Part shown: positions 1 to 10,936 of the stretch, one piece after another
Position numbering within the stretch: position 1 is the first letter of the stretch
Layout: each line of letters starts with the position of its first letter
Source of the DNA: an uncultured Chloroflexia bacterium
GTDB taxonomy: Bacteria > Chloroflexota > Limnocylindria > Limnocylindrales > CSP1-4
Reading direction: 5' to 3'
DNA: 64,000 nucleotides
NCBI GenBank assembly: GCA_963746845.1
Contig: CAVVCZ010000001.1
Coordinates: 288,001-352,000 of the forward strand
Position numbers and translations under genes: made by a program
The notes under the pieces: model-generated
The model's database searches: none
What the model was told of the DNA's origin: nothing
The model's input: the letters and a program-made list of their open reading frames with translations, nothing else

Positions 1-82
1 TCGCCGAGCCGGACGGAGGCGGGCGCCGCCCATCGGCCCCCTGGGCCTTCGGCTCCTCTTCCCAGCTGGGCTCGTCGCCCAT
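1..82 (-). CDS. Possible 5' end of a gene running off the window edge (MGDEPSWEEEPKAQG...)
   Basis: ATG at 82 just downstream of the livF stop, open to position 1; too short to assign. Confidence 0.3.
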   Translation of the reverse strand, partial: MGDEPSWEEEPKAQGADGRRPPPSGSA

Positions 83-109
83 GGCAGCCCCCGCCGACGA
101 TCCGCCGGC

Positions 110-892
110 TCAGATCTCCCCGAGGTAGGCCTTCCTGACCGTCTCGTTCTCGCGGAGCGAGGACGCCTCGCCGGACAGGACCACGTTGCCTGTCTGGAGG
201 ACATAGCCGCGATGGGCGACGTTCAGGGCCTGGAGCGCGTTCTGCTCCACGAGCAGGATCGTCGTCCCCTCGGCGTTGATCTCCCTGATCGTGTCGAACA
301 CGACCTGGATGAGGATCGGCGCCAGGCCGAGCGACGGCTCGTCGAGGAGGAGCAGGCGCGGCCGCGACATCAACGCCCGGCCGATCGCGAGCATCTGCTG
401 TTCGCCACCCGAGAGCGTCCCGCCCTGCTGGTGGGTCCGCTCGCGGAGCCGGGGGAAGAGGGTCATCACCCGGTCCACGTCCTCGGCGATCTGGGCCTGC
501 GGCTGGGTGAACCCGCCCATCTGCAGGTTCTCGAGGACCGTCAGCCGGGAGAAGATCCGGCGCCCCTCGGGGGCGTGGCCGATCCCGGCCTTCACCAGCG
601 CATGGGCAGCCGTCTTCGAGGTGTCCTTGCCGTCAAACGTCACGGTGCCCTGGCGCGGGTGGAGCAGGCCGCAGACGGTCTTCAGGGTCGTGGTCTTGCC
701 GGCGCCGTTCGCGCCGATCAGGGTCACGATCTCGCCCCGGTTGACCTCGATCGTCACGCCCTTCAGGGCGTGGATCTGGCCGTAGTAGGTATGGACGTCG
801 TCGAGCTTCAGGAGCAGCTCGCCGGCCGACGACGCGGGCGCGATCGCACCGGGCGCAGCGGCGGGGCCGGCGGTCGTCTCGGGGGCGGTCAT
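110..892 (-). CDS. livF: Branched-chain amino acid ABC transporter ATP-binding protein
   Basis: GANGAGKTT Walker A, PEGRRIF, LSGGEQQML signature, LLLDEPSLGLAP. Confidence 0.93.
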   Translation of the reverse strand: MTAPETTAGPAAAPGAIAPASSAGELLLKLDDVHTYYGQIHALKGVTIEVNRGEIVTLIGANGAGKTTTLKTVCGLLHPRQGTVTFDGKDTSKTAAHALVKAGIGHAPEGRRIFSRLTVLENLQMGGFTQPQAQIAEDVDRVMTLFPRLRERTHQQGGTLSGGEQQMLAIGRALMSRPRLLLLDEPSLGLAPILIQVVFDTIREINAEGTTILLVEQNALQALNVAHRGYVLQTGNVVLSGEASSLRENETVRKAYLGEI

Positions 893-1934
893 TGCGCCGG
901 GGCCCCAAGGTAGGCCTCGATGACCCGGGGGTCCTTGCGGACCTCCTCCGGCGATCCCTCGGCGATCCGCTCGCCGTGATCGAGGACGGTGACGCGGTCG
1001 CTGATGCCCATGACCACCTTCATGTCGTGCTCGATCAGGAGGACCGTGAGGCCGAGATCCGTCCGCAGCTTGTTGATCAGGGCCATCATGTCCGACGTCT
1101 CGCGCGGGTTCATCCCGGCGGTCGGCTCGTCGAGCAGGAGCAGCGTCGGGTCGCTGCCGAGGGCGCGGGCCACCTCGAGGCGACGCTGGTCGCCGTACGG
1201 CAGGTTCTTCGCCAGCTCGCCGCCGATGCCGCGGAGGCCGACCAGCCGGAGGAGCTCGTCGGCCCGCTCGCGCGCCTTCTTCTCGTCGGCACGGTTCTTC
1301 GGCGTCGAGAACATCGCGTCGAACAGACCCGCCTTCAGCTTGATGTGCATCCCGACGAGGACGTTCTCTTCGGCCGTCATGTTCTGGAAGAGCCGGATGT
1401 TCTGGAACGTCCGACCGATCCCGGCCGACACCATGTCATTGGGCCGGGCGCTCCGGAAGATCCCGAGACGGCTCAGCAGGCGGCGGTACCACGGCGGACG
1501 AACGATCGCCGATAGCAGCATCAGGACGAGGGCGGCCAGAGTCAGCGCGCCGCCGATGAAGGCAACGGTCTCGTCGTTGACGCCGAAGACGACGATGCCG
1601 GAGAGGATGCCGACGATCAACGCGGGCACGACCCACACGAACGGCTCGAGCCAGGCACGGACCGGCCGGGCGATCATCGTCCGGTCCCGGACGAGGATTT
1701 GCCCCGACGTCGGGTCGTAGATCCCGGCAATGATGTTGAAGAACGTCGTCTTGCCGGCACCGTTCGGCCCGATCAGGCTGACGATCGAGCCCTCGGGGAT
1801 GTCGAAGCTCACGTCGTTGACCGCGATCAGGCCGCCGAACCGCTTCGTGATCCTGCGCGCGGACAGGAGCTGCGTTCGGCCAGCGGGCACCGGCTGATTG
1901 ATCGGGCCTGCGCCGGCAGCCGGCACGTTGGCGG

Positions 1935-1938
<4 letters not shown>
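889..1938 (-). CDS. livG: Branched-chain amino acid ABC transporter ATP-binding protein with an internal hydrophobic insertion
   Basis: GPNGAGKTT, GRTFQNIRLF, LPYGDQRRLEVARAL, LLLDEPTAG, VIEAYLG. Start re-called to GTG 1938, overlapping the livM stop (GTGA), with GGAGG upstream. Confidence 0.88.
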
Positions 1939-3085
<1,147 letters not shown>

Positions 3086-3089
<4 letters not shown>

Positions 3090-4207
3090 GCCCGTTCTCC
3101 GATCTGCTGGCCGAGGATCCCGGCCGGACGGAAGACGAGCACGAGGATCAGGACGACGAACACGATCGCCTGGGACCAGCGAGCCTGGCCGACCGCCTGG
3201 GTGAACACCTCGATGAAGGCGATCAGGAAGCCGCCGATGGCAGCGCCGGTCAGGTTGCCGATCCCGCCGAGCACCGCGGCGGTGAACGCCTTGAGGCCGG
3301 CGTTGAAGCCGAGGTCGAACCGGACGAAGCCGAAGTACTGGCCCTGGAAGACCCCAGCTGCCCCGGCGAGCGCGCCGCCGATGAGGAACGTCATCGCGAT
3401 CGTCTGGTTCAGGTCGACGCCCATGAGCTGGGCGGCCTGCTGATCCTGCGCGGTCGCGCGCATCGCCCGACCGAGGCGGGTCCGGCTGATGAACGCCTGG
3501 AGCCCGACCATCAGGGCGATCGCGACGACGAAGATCACGAGGCTGATGACGCGAATCTGGGCTCCGAGGATCGCGATGTGCTCGTTCGGGACGACCTGGG
3601 GGACCTTCCGATCGCCGGTCCCGACGATGATCTGCATGAGGTTCTGGAGGATCAGCGACACGCCGATCGCGGTGATCAGCGGGGCGACGCGCGGGGCGTG
3701 GCGCAGCGGCCGGTAGGCGAACCGCTCGATCGTGACGTTGATCCCGCCCATGAGCGTCATGCCGACGAGCAGCGCCGCGGCGAGGACCGCGATCAGGACG
3801 AGGGGCTGCGTGATCGGCGCGTCCGGCAGATGGAGCCCGAGGAAGTCGAGCGGCGCCGGGAAGCTCGTCAGGAAGAAGAGGGAGACGAACGTCCCGACCA
3901 TGAACACGTCGCCATGGGCGAAGTTGATCAGCTCGATGATGCCGTAGACCATCGTGTAGCCGAGGGCGACGAGGGCGTAGATCGCGCCGAGGACGAGCGC
4001 GTTGCCCACCTGTTGGGCGCTCGTCGCGACGGCCCTCGGAAAGGCGTCGGCGACCTCAGCCGGGTCGGTAGAGCCCAGGTTCGTCAGGTACTGGATGACC
4101 AGGAGGATGCTGAAGTAGACGAGGATCCCGATGATGCTCGACAGGACGAGCTTGGCCCCGAACGGGATCCGGCGTTGCGAGACGGGCGAGGACGCAACTG
4201 CGGTCAC
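3086..4207 (-). CDS. livH: Branched-chain amino acid ABC transporter permease
   Basis: YALVALGYTMVYGIIELINFAHGD and GLKAFTAAVLGGIGN motifs. Confidence 0.93.
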
Positions 4208-4249
4208 GGTCAGCGTCTCCGATCAACGTGACAGGAGGAGAAGAGACGG

Positions 4250-4280
4250 CGAGGCCGGGGATCGTGGATCCCCGGCCTCG
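4250..4280 (-). terminator. Perfect 14-bp stem-loop after the binding-protein gene (attenuating terminator or mRNA-stabilising hairpin)
   Basis: CGAGGCCGGGGATC-gtg-GATCCCCGGCCTCG, followed on the minus strand by pyrimidine-rich CCGTCTCTTCTCCT. Confidence 0.65.
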
Positions 4281-4293
4281 TGGGTGGCCGGTG

Positions 4294-5538
4294 TTACTTG
4301 GCGAAGTCGAGCTGCTCCTTGAACGTCCAATCCTTCTTGGCGGGGTCATAAGCGTAGAAGCTGATGATCTTCTGGCTCGTGTCGCCGTTGGCGTCGAACT
4401 TGAACTGGCCGATCACCGACGTGTAGGTGATCGAGGGGTCGACGACCGCGGCGCGGAGCTTCTCGCGAAGATCCTTGACGTCGGTCGCAGTGGGGCCGGC
4501 CCGCTTCAGGGCATCGAGGACGACCTGGGCGCAGGCGTAGCCGGTGGCGGAGTAGCCGGTCGGATCCGTGCCGTACTCCTTCTTGAACTTGTCGGCGAAC
4601 TCCTGGCGGCCGGGGAAATCGCCGACGGCGGCGGCCGTCGCGTACGACTTCTTGGCGTCGTCGCCGGTGAGGTTCAGGAACGAGTCCTTGGTGGCCGCCG
4701 AGCCGTCATAGATGCCGTCCGGGCCGACAAACGGAATGTCGAGCCCGGCCTGCACGGCCTGCTTGAGGAGCCGCGCGCCGCCGTCGGCGGTGACGCCGCC
4801 GAAGTAGATCGAGCCCGGGTTCTTGGCCTTGGCCGCGGTCAGCAGCGCGGTGTAGTCGGTGGTCGTCTTCGGTGCACCGTCACGGGCGACGACGGTGCCG
4901 CCGTTCGCCTCGAAGTACTTCTGGAAGTTGTCGGCGATGCCCTTCCCGAAGGTGTCGGTGCTGTCGACGATGTAGACCGTCTTGATGTTCAGCTTCTCGA
5001 GGATGTAGCGGGCGGCCGCGGGGCCCTGGTTGTCGTCGGTCGTGACGACGCGGACGTAGTTGATCTTGGTGGGGTTGGTCTTGCGGATGTCCAGCGCGCC
5101 GAACTCGGGCTTCGTGAGGCCTTCGTTCGTGTTCGCGGGCGAGCATTGCGCCAGACCGGCCGCGTTCGAGAGCGGGATCTGGACCTTGGCGACGCTCGAG
5201 TTGAGCGGGCCGACGACCGCGACGACGTTCGGGTTCGCGACGAGCGCCGTCATGTTCTGGGCGCCGGTCTGCGGGTCATGCACGCCGTCCTTGGCGTCGT
5301 CGAGCACGACCGAGTTCGGGATGTCGATCTTCCAGCCGCCGACTTCGCCGCCCGCATCCTTCACGGCAAGCTTGATGCCGTTGATGATCGGCTGCGATGC
5401 GGCGAGCTCGCTGCCCTGCTGCGGAAGCTCGATCGCGAGATTGATCGTGCCCTTGCCGCCGGAGCTCCCGCCCTGGCTGCAACCGGCGAGCACGAGCACG
5501 CCGACGGCGCCGAACGCGCCGACTTTGCCGAGTTTCAT
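4294..5538 (-). CDS. livK: Branched-chain amino acid ABC substrate-binding lipoprotein
   Basis: Lipobox VLAGC, VVGPLNSSVA, SPANT, FDANGD; GAGGAGG RBS; first gene of the liv operon. Confidence 0.9.
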   Translation of the reverse strand: MKLGKVGAFGAVGVLVLAGCSQGGSSGGKGTINLAIELPQQGSELAASQPIINGIKLAVKDAGGEVGGWKIDIPNSVVLDDAKDGVHDPQTGAQNMTALVANPNVVAVVGPLNSSVAKVQIPLSNAAGLAQCSPANTNEGLTKPEFGALDIRKTNPTKINYVRVVTTDDNQGPAAARYILEKLNIKTVYIVDSTDTFGKGIADNFQKYFEANGGTVVARDGAPKTTTDYTALLTAAKAKNPGSIYFGGVTADGGARLLKQAVQAGLDIPFVGPDGIYDGSAATKDSFLNLTGDDAKKSYATAAAVGDFPGRQEFADKFKKEYGTDPTGYSATGYACAQVVLDALKRAGPTATDVKDLREKLRAAVVDPSITYTSVIGQFKFDANGDTSQKIISFYAYDPAKKDWTFKEQLDFAK

Positions 5539-5955
5539 TCAGTCTCCTCCTCGAACGCTCGTCGCCCGGAATGGCCCCGGACGACTCCGGTCGGCGCTCC
5601 CTCCGACTCCGACACGACCACGCCCCGCGGGTGCACCCGGGGCCCGATGCGTCGCCTCCGAACAGCCTCAGCGGTTGCCGAGTGGTCCGGATCCTGGCGA
5701 GCGGCGGTGCGTGACGGATGACGTCGCGGAGCGCTGGTTCGGCCGGCGCGCAGGTTGCCGCCGAAGCGATGCCGTATCATAGACATTGGCGGACCGAATG
5801 CAACACCGGTCGGCGCGACCCGGGCGTGGCTGTCGAGCTCATGGCTCGCCACCCCGCGAGGTGCCACCGATCGCCGTGTCAACGGTCGGCCTCCCGATCG
5901 GCGCAGGCATCACCAGGATCGCCTCCGCCGTCCAGCACGAGGTGCCTCCGCCCGC

Positions 5956-6426
5956 GTGGAATACCTGATCCGGCCCGCTCGCATCACGGACATCGAACGG
6001 CTCGTCGCCCTCGGCGGCGGTCCCGCGCGAACGTCCGCCGGTGCCGGCGCGATGGACTCTGGGGACCTGCTCCGGCAGCTGGTCTATCTCCCGCAGGCGA
6101 GCATCTTCATCGCCGAGGCACACCGTGAGGTCGTCGGAGGTGCGGTCCTCGCGCTCCGTCCGTCCGTCGCCGCCGGTGGGTTCGTCGGTGCCGTCGATTT
6201 CATCGTGGTCGATCCCGAGCACGATGCGGATCGCGTGACCGACGCGCTCCTGGAGGAGGTTCTGCGCTCGGCACGCAACAAGGGCTGCAGCGTCGTGGAG
6301 GCGGCTCTTCCCGACGACCCGGCGGAGCGGACCCGCCTGGAACGTCACGGGTTCATCGAATCGAGTCCGCGCGCGGAGTGTCGGGTGGCCGCAGTCGGAA
6401 CGGCCAGATCGCGCAGCAACAACTGA
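5956..6426 (+). CDS. GNAT-fold protein with a degenerate acetyl-CoA binding loop
   Basis: IRPARITDIERL start, VVGGAVL strand, VVDPEH...LLEEVLRSARNKGC, LERHGF; start re-called to GTG 5956. Confidence 0.7.
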   Translation: MEYLIRPARITDIERLVALGGGPARTSAGAGAMDSGDLLRQLVYLPQASIFIAEAHREVVGGAVLALRPSVAAGGFVGAVDFIVVDPEHDADRVTDALLEEVLRSARNKGCSVVEAALPDDPAERTRLERHGFIESSPRAECRVAAVGTARSRSNN

Positions 6427-6498
6427 TCAACAGCATCTGATCCGCGACGCCAGGCAGCGCATTCGCGCCGGGGTCGCTCGACCAGTCAAGGAGTCAAG

Positions 6499-8454
6499 GT
6501 GGGCAAGAACGTCGCCGTCTTCGTGGACGTGGCGAACATCTTCTACGCGGCAAAGGCCGCAGGCACGGACATCGACTACGTCACGCTCCTCCAGGCGGCA
6601 ACCGCCGGGCGCGACTTCGTCCGGGCATACGCATACACCGGGCTGGACCCGGACAACGAGAACCAGCGGAACTTCCACGCGTTCCTCGCGCGGAACCACT
6701 ACAAGGTCGTCAGCAAGGACATCCGCAAGTACGGCGACGGCAAGGTCAAGGCGAACCTCGACATCGAGCTCGTCGTCGACCTGATGAAGACCGCGCGCAA
6801 TCTGGACATCGCGATCGTCGTGTCGGGCGACGGGGACTTCGCCCCGGCAATCCGGGCGGTCCAGGAGATGGGCGTCCGCGTCGAGGTCATCAGCTTCCGC
6901 GGCAACACGTCCAGCGACCTCATCGACGTCGCGGACCTGTTCACGGACATCACCCAGCTCGCGCGCGTCGACAAGTCGTCCTCTCGGTCGGGCCGGCGGG
7001 TCGCAAGTGACGACGAGGACCTGTCGATGACCGAGGTCCCAGACAAGCAGACCGAGGGAACCGGAGCCCGTGGCCGGGGACGCGGACGCGGCCGGGGCAG
7101 GCCCGGCGAGGCCGAGCCGGCAGCGGCCAGCGGCCGGCGTGGCGGCAGAACGTCGTCCGCCCGAGCCGGAGCCGGAACCGGGGCCGCAGCGGCGGTCGCC
7201 GCCTCGGCCAACGGCGGCGGATCGCTGACCGTGCTGCCGGGCGAGAAGCTGTCCCGAGTCGCATCCATCGAGTCAACCGAGATCGACGTCGAGGACGTCG
7301 ACGAGGAGCTGCTCGAGACCGCCGAGGGCGGCGAGGGACTGACCGAGGACGGCGACGCACGCCGGCGGCGCCGTCGGCGCGGTGGTCGTGGACGCGGTCG
7401 CGGTCGCGGTCGCGACGAGACGATCGAGCCCGCGGCGGGCTCCGCGCCGGGTGGCCCGGCGAACGATGAAGACGACTTCGAGGAGGAGGAATCCGAGGAG
7501 GTCGCCGCGGCCGCGCCGCGCGGCCCGAAGACGACGCCATTCGGCTCGTTCTGGGACTCGCAGCTCGGCGTGCCGAGCGCCTCGACCGCACCGGTCGGGC
7601 CCACGGGGCCGGTCGGCGACGACGAGGACTTCGACGAGCCGGAGATCCCCGAATACCTGATCGCCGAACAGCGGCGCGGCCAGCAGCAGGGCGGTCGCAG
7701 CGGCGGAGGTCGCGGTGGCGCCCGCGGCGGACGCGCCGCCTATACGGCCGCGATCGAGCGGGAACGGTACGGCCGCGGCAGCGGCAGCGGCGGGATCAAC
7801 CGCTATCCGGATGTCAGCGGACGGGATCGTCAGGGCCAGGGCAGCGGCAGCGGTGGTGGTGGCGGAGGCGGTCGCGGGCAGGGCGGCGGTCGCGGCCAGG
7901 GCGGCAGTCGAGACGGCGGCTATGTCCGTCGCGACAGGCCCGAGGGCCAGAATCGCGTTGAGCGGCCGGCTCGAACCGGCGGCGACCCGTGGAGCGAGGT
8001 GCCGCCGGAGCTCGAGGAGATGCTGCGTGCGCAGCTCGCCCAGTCCTCGAAGGGCCGCCCGGCGGCCCCGGCCGGCGGAACAAGTGGATCCCGCGCGGGC
8101 GGACCGGCCTCCGGCGCAACCGAGGCATCGGTGGCCGAGGCGGACGTCGCCGCGGCTCCCAAGGCTCGGACGACCCGGCGCACGACCGCGAAGGCCGCGC
8201 CGGACGCATCGGCGGGCGCGGACGCCGCCCCGGCGCCGAAGCGCAGGGCGACGACGCGGAAGCCCGCGGCCGCCGCCGGCGCCCCGGACACAGCCGAGAC
8301 GTCGGACGCGTCGGAGGCCGCGCCGAAGCGCAAGACGACGACCCGCAAGACGTCCACGGGGAAGGCGACGGCGTCTGCCGCCGGCGACGACTCGGCGTCG
8401 GCCCCGGCGCCGAAGCGCAAGCCGGCGACCCGGAAGAAGGCCGAGCCCGCCTGA
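6499..8454 (+). CDS. NYN (LabA/DUF88, PIN-like) nuclease domain with a long disordered C-terminal tail
   Basis: FVDVANI, KANLDIELVVD, VVSGDGDFAP, GVRVEV motifs; AAGGAG RBS; about 480 aa of low-complexity tail. Confidence 0.88.
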   Translation: MGKNVAVFVDVANIFYAAKAAGTDIDYVTLLQAATAGRDFVRAYAYTGLDPDNENQRNFHAFLARNHYKVVSKDIRKYGDGKVKANLDIELVVDLMKTARNLDIAIVVSGDGDFAPAIRAVQEMGVRVEVISFRGNTSSDLIDVADLFTDITQLARVDKSSSRSGRRVASDDEDLSMTEVPDKQTEGTGARGRGRGRGRGRPGEAEPAAASGRRGGRTSSARAGAGTGAAAAVAASANGGGSLTVLPGEKLSRVASIESTEIDVEDVDEELLETAEGGEGLTEDGDARRRRRRRGGRGRGRGRGRDETIEPAAGSAPGGPANDEDDFEEEESEEVAAAAPRGPKTTPFGSFWDSQLGVPSASTAPVGPTGPVGDDEDFDEPEIPEYLIAEQRRGQQQGGRSGGGRGGARGGRAAYTAAIERERYGRGSGSGGINRYPDVSGRDRQGQGSGSGGGGGGGRGQGGGRGQGGSRDGGYVRRDRPEGQNRVERPARTGGDPWSEVPPELEEMLRAQLAQSSKGRPAAPAGGTSGSRAGGPASGATEASVAEADVAAAPKARTTRRTTAKAAPDASAGADAAPAPKRRATTRKPAAAAGAPDTAETSDASEAAPKRKTTTRKTSTGKATASAAGDDSASAPAPKRKPATRKKAEPA

Positions 8455-8486
8455 TCGGGACCGGCGATCGGCCGGAAGGCGACGCG

Positions 8487-9839
8487 ATGATCGCGGAGGC
8501 CCCCGCGAGCGGCGGGCGGATGCGGACGCGCGGGCACGACGCGGCGATCCGCGCCGTCCGGGCGATGATCACCGGTCGTCCCCCGCACGCGCTGCTGATC
8601 GGGGGGCCGTCCGGCGTCGGCAAGACCACGCTCGCCCTGGACCTCGCGGCGGGGCTCCTGTGCGATGACCCGGATCCGGGCAACCGGCCGTGCCGGGCAT
8701 GCCGAGGCTGTCGGCTCGTCGAGCGCGGCCGCCATCTGGATGTCCACCGGCTGGCGCCGGTCGGTCCCGGCGACCAGATCCGGATCGGGGATCGCGATCG
8801 GCCGGACGACGGGACCATCCGCCGCCTGATCCTCGACCTCGCGTTCCTTCCGGTCGAGGGTGGCGCACGGGTCGCGATCATCGAGCGGGCGGACCGGATG
8901 GGCGACGATGCCCAGACTGCGCTCCTCAAGACGCTCGAGGAGCCGCCCGCCGGGGTCACGATCGTGCTGTGCGCCGACGACGAGGATCGGCTGATGCCGA
9001 CGGTGCGCTCGCGCTGCGCCAGGATCCGGCTCGGGCCCGTCGCCGTGCGAGACGTGGAGGCGATCCTCGCCGAGGCGGGGCTCGCCGACCCGCCGCTGGC
9101 CGCCCGGCTCGCTCGGCTGTCGGGCGGCCGGCCGGGGCTGGCCCAGCTGCTGGCCCGCTCTCCGGACGCGGTCGCGGCCCGCGACGAGATCGCCCGGACG
9201 CTCCTCCACCTCCTCGGTACGGGCCACGCCGCGCGGCTGGCGGCCGCCCGGGACCTGCTGGACCTCGCGATCCGGATGGATCGCGTCCTCGAACGGTCGC
9301 TTGCCGAGATCACCGAGGCCGCGGACGACGCCGCATCCGGGGGAGCGCGCGGGCGCCGCGCCGTGGGACGCGGCCGCGGGGCGGCGGCCACGGGCGCCGG
9401 ACGGGCACCCGAGGCGCGGGCCGGCATCGACGCGAGCGCGACCCAGCCGGACGCCGCCGCGGCGACGGACGGCGAGGGCGACGGCGAGGAGGAGGAAGAG
9501 GAAGAGGACGTGGAGGCCAACCGGAAGTCCTCCGCGACGGCCCCCCAGCGTCGACGGGCGGCCGGGTCCGTGGTCGGCCTGTGGCGCGAGCTCGCCCGCG
9601 ACCTGCTCGTGGTTCGTCTCGGCGTGGACCGCGAGGTGCGGGATCCGGCGCTCCTGGACGACCTCCGTGCGGCGGCCACCACGCTCGGTCCGGACGGAAC
9701 GTCGGCCGATGACCCCGTGAACGCCGGCCTGTCGGCGTTCCTGGCCCGGCTCGACGCGGCCGGCGAGCTCGTGGAGGCGAACGTGCGGCCGGAGATCGTC
9801 CTCGACACGCTCCTCCTCGCGTGGCCCGCCGTCCGATGA
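8487..9839 (+). CDS. holB: DNA polymerase III delta' subunit-like clamp loader protein
   Basis: HALLIGGPSGVGKTT, zinc motif C..PCRACRGC, ALLKTLEEPP, PTVRSRC; start at 8487 or 8520. Confidence 0.82.
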   Translation: MIAEAPASGGRMRTRGHDAAIRAVRAMITGRPPHALLIGGPSGVGKTTLALDLAAGLLCDDPDPGNRPCRACRGCRLVERGRHLDVHRLAPVGPGDQIRIGDRDRPDDGTIRRLILDLAFLPVEGGARVAIIERADRMGDDAQTALLKTLEEPPAGVTIVLCADDEDRLMPTVRSRCARIRLGPVAVRDVEAILAEAGLADPPLAARLARLSGGRPGLAQLLARSPDAVAARDEIARTLLHLLGTGHAARLAAARDLLDLAIRMDRVLERSLAEITEAADDAASGGARGRRAVGRGRGAAATGAGRAPEARAGIDASATQPDAAAATDGEGDGEEEEEEEDVEANRKSSATAPQRRRAAGSVVGLWRELARDLLVVRLGVDREVRDPALLDDLRAAATTLGPDGTSADDPVNAGLSAFLARLDAAGELVEANVRPEIVLDTLLLAWPAVR

Positions 9840-10150
9840 GCGAATCGACACGCGCGACGACGTCCCGCCTCGAGGCGATCGTGCGCGGCCGCGTCCAGGG
9901 AGTGGGCTTCCGCTACTGGGTGGTCCGCCGGGCGACGGACCTCGGCCTGACCGGCTGGGTCGCCAACGAGCCGGATGGCAGCGTGCGGTGCGTGGCCGAG
10001 GGCTCGTCGGCGGATCTCGACCGGCTTGAAGGGCTGCTCGGCACGGGGCCGCTCGGCTCGGTGGTCGAGGACGTCCGGATCGTCCGCCTGCCGGGAACCG
10101 GCGCCTTTCGCGGGTTCGAGGTCCGATCCGGCGGCCATCGTGGCGACTGA
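9836..10150 (+). CDS. acyP: Acylphosphatase
   Basis: VRGRVQGVGFRY and GWVANEPDGSV motifs; ATGA overlap with the holB stop. Confidence 0.93.
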   Translation: MSESTRATTSRLEAIVRGRVQGVGFRYWVVRRATDLGLTGWVANEPDGSVRCVAEGSSADLDRLEGLLGTGPLGSVVEDVRIVRLPGTGAFRGFEVRSGGHRGD

Positions 10151-10280
10151 TCTCGGCCGGGCGTCCGCCCCGGGCGGTGCCCCGCTGCACCACCTTCGCC
10201 TCGGACCCGGACGTTCAGCACCGGCCGGCAGGACGATCTCCGGTATCGGTCCAACCCCACCCGGGCGATCCTTCAACGTG

Positions 10281-10580
10281 ATGGAGTCCCATCCGTCCGT
10301 CCCTGCGGAAGCCGCCACCGTCGAGCCAGCCACCGTGGCCGAGGATCTCCCCGAGCTGTATCGGCGGATCCTCGAACGGGTCGCCGTGCTCGAGCGCCTC
10401 GGCGCGCGTTCCGAGGCCGGGCGGATCCGCGTCGAAGCCACCCGAGCCTATTCGAGCGCCTGGGACGAGACGGCTCGGCGCGGCCTGCTGGCCCTGATCA
10501 TCCGGGCCGACCGGAGCGCCGAGGCCCCCGTCCGGACCCGCGGGTGGTCGCTCCGCCGGCGATCCGCGCCGGCCCGCTGA
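10281..10580 (+). CDS. Hypothetical small helical protein
   Basis: Gene-like codon usage (EDLPELYRRILERVAVLERLG...AYSSAWDE); collinear with neighbours. Confidence 0.55.
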   Translation: MESHPSVPAEAATVEPATVAEDLPELYRRILERVAVLERLGARSEAGRIRVEATRAYSSAWDETARRGLLALIIRADRSAEAPVRTRGWSLRRRSAPAR

Positions 10581-10614
10581 CCGCATCGCCCACCGCACTC
10601 GCTACCCTGTCGGC

Positions 10615-10923
10615 GTGGATGCCGACGCGCCCCGGATCGCCGACGCCCTCGCGACGGCAGGCGCCGCCTACGACGACCTGCTCGGGCTCGCGGAGGACGT
10701 CGAGGACGAGTGGTCGTACGTGAACGACCTCGCGGATGCGTGGCGTGGCCGGTTCGACGAGGTCGCGGCCCTCCGCGGCGGGGAGCCGGCGACGCCGGAG
10801 GTCGCGGCCGCGATGGCGGGCCTGGCCGACGAGGTCGCCCGGATCGACGACCCGCATCGCGCGATCGACTGGTTGTCGACCTTCCCGCAGATGGTCCTGA
10901 TCGCGGTCGGCGAGCGACCGTGA
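10615..10923 (+). CDS. Hypothetical acidic protein
   Basis: EDVEDEWSYVNDL...IDDPHRAIDWLSTFPQ; high GC3; operonic position. Confidence 0.65.
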   Translation: MDADAPRIADALATAGAAYDDLLGLAEDVEDEWSYVNDLADAWRGRFDEVAALRGGEPATPEVAAAMAGLADEVARIDDPHRAIDWLSTFPQMVLIAVGERP

Positions 10924-10936
10924 TGGGGGCGCGGGC

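Noticed and set aside
7814-10441. Long minus-strand ORFs (875 aa and 757 aa)
   Set aside because: Antisense shadows of NYN/holB/acyP in high-GC DNA; Arg/Pro/Ser-rich with no family motifs.
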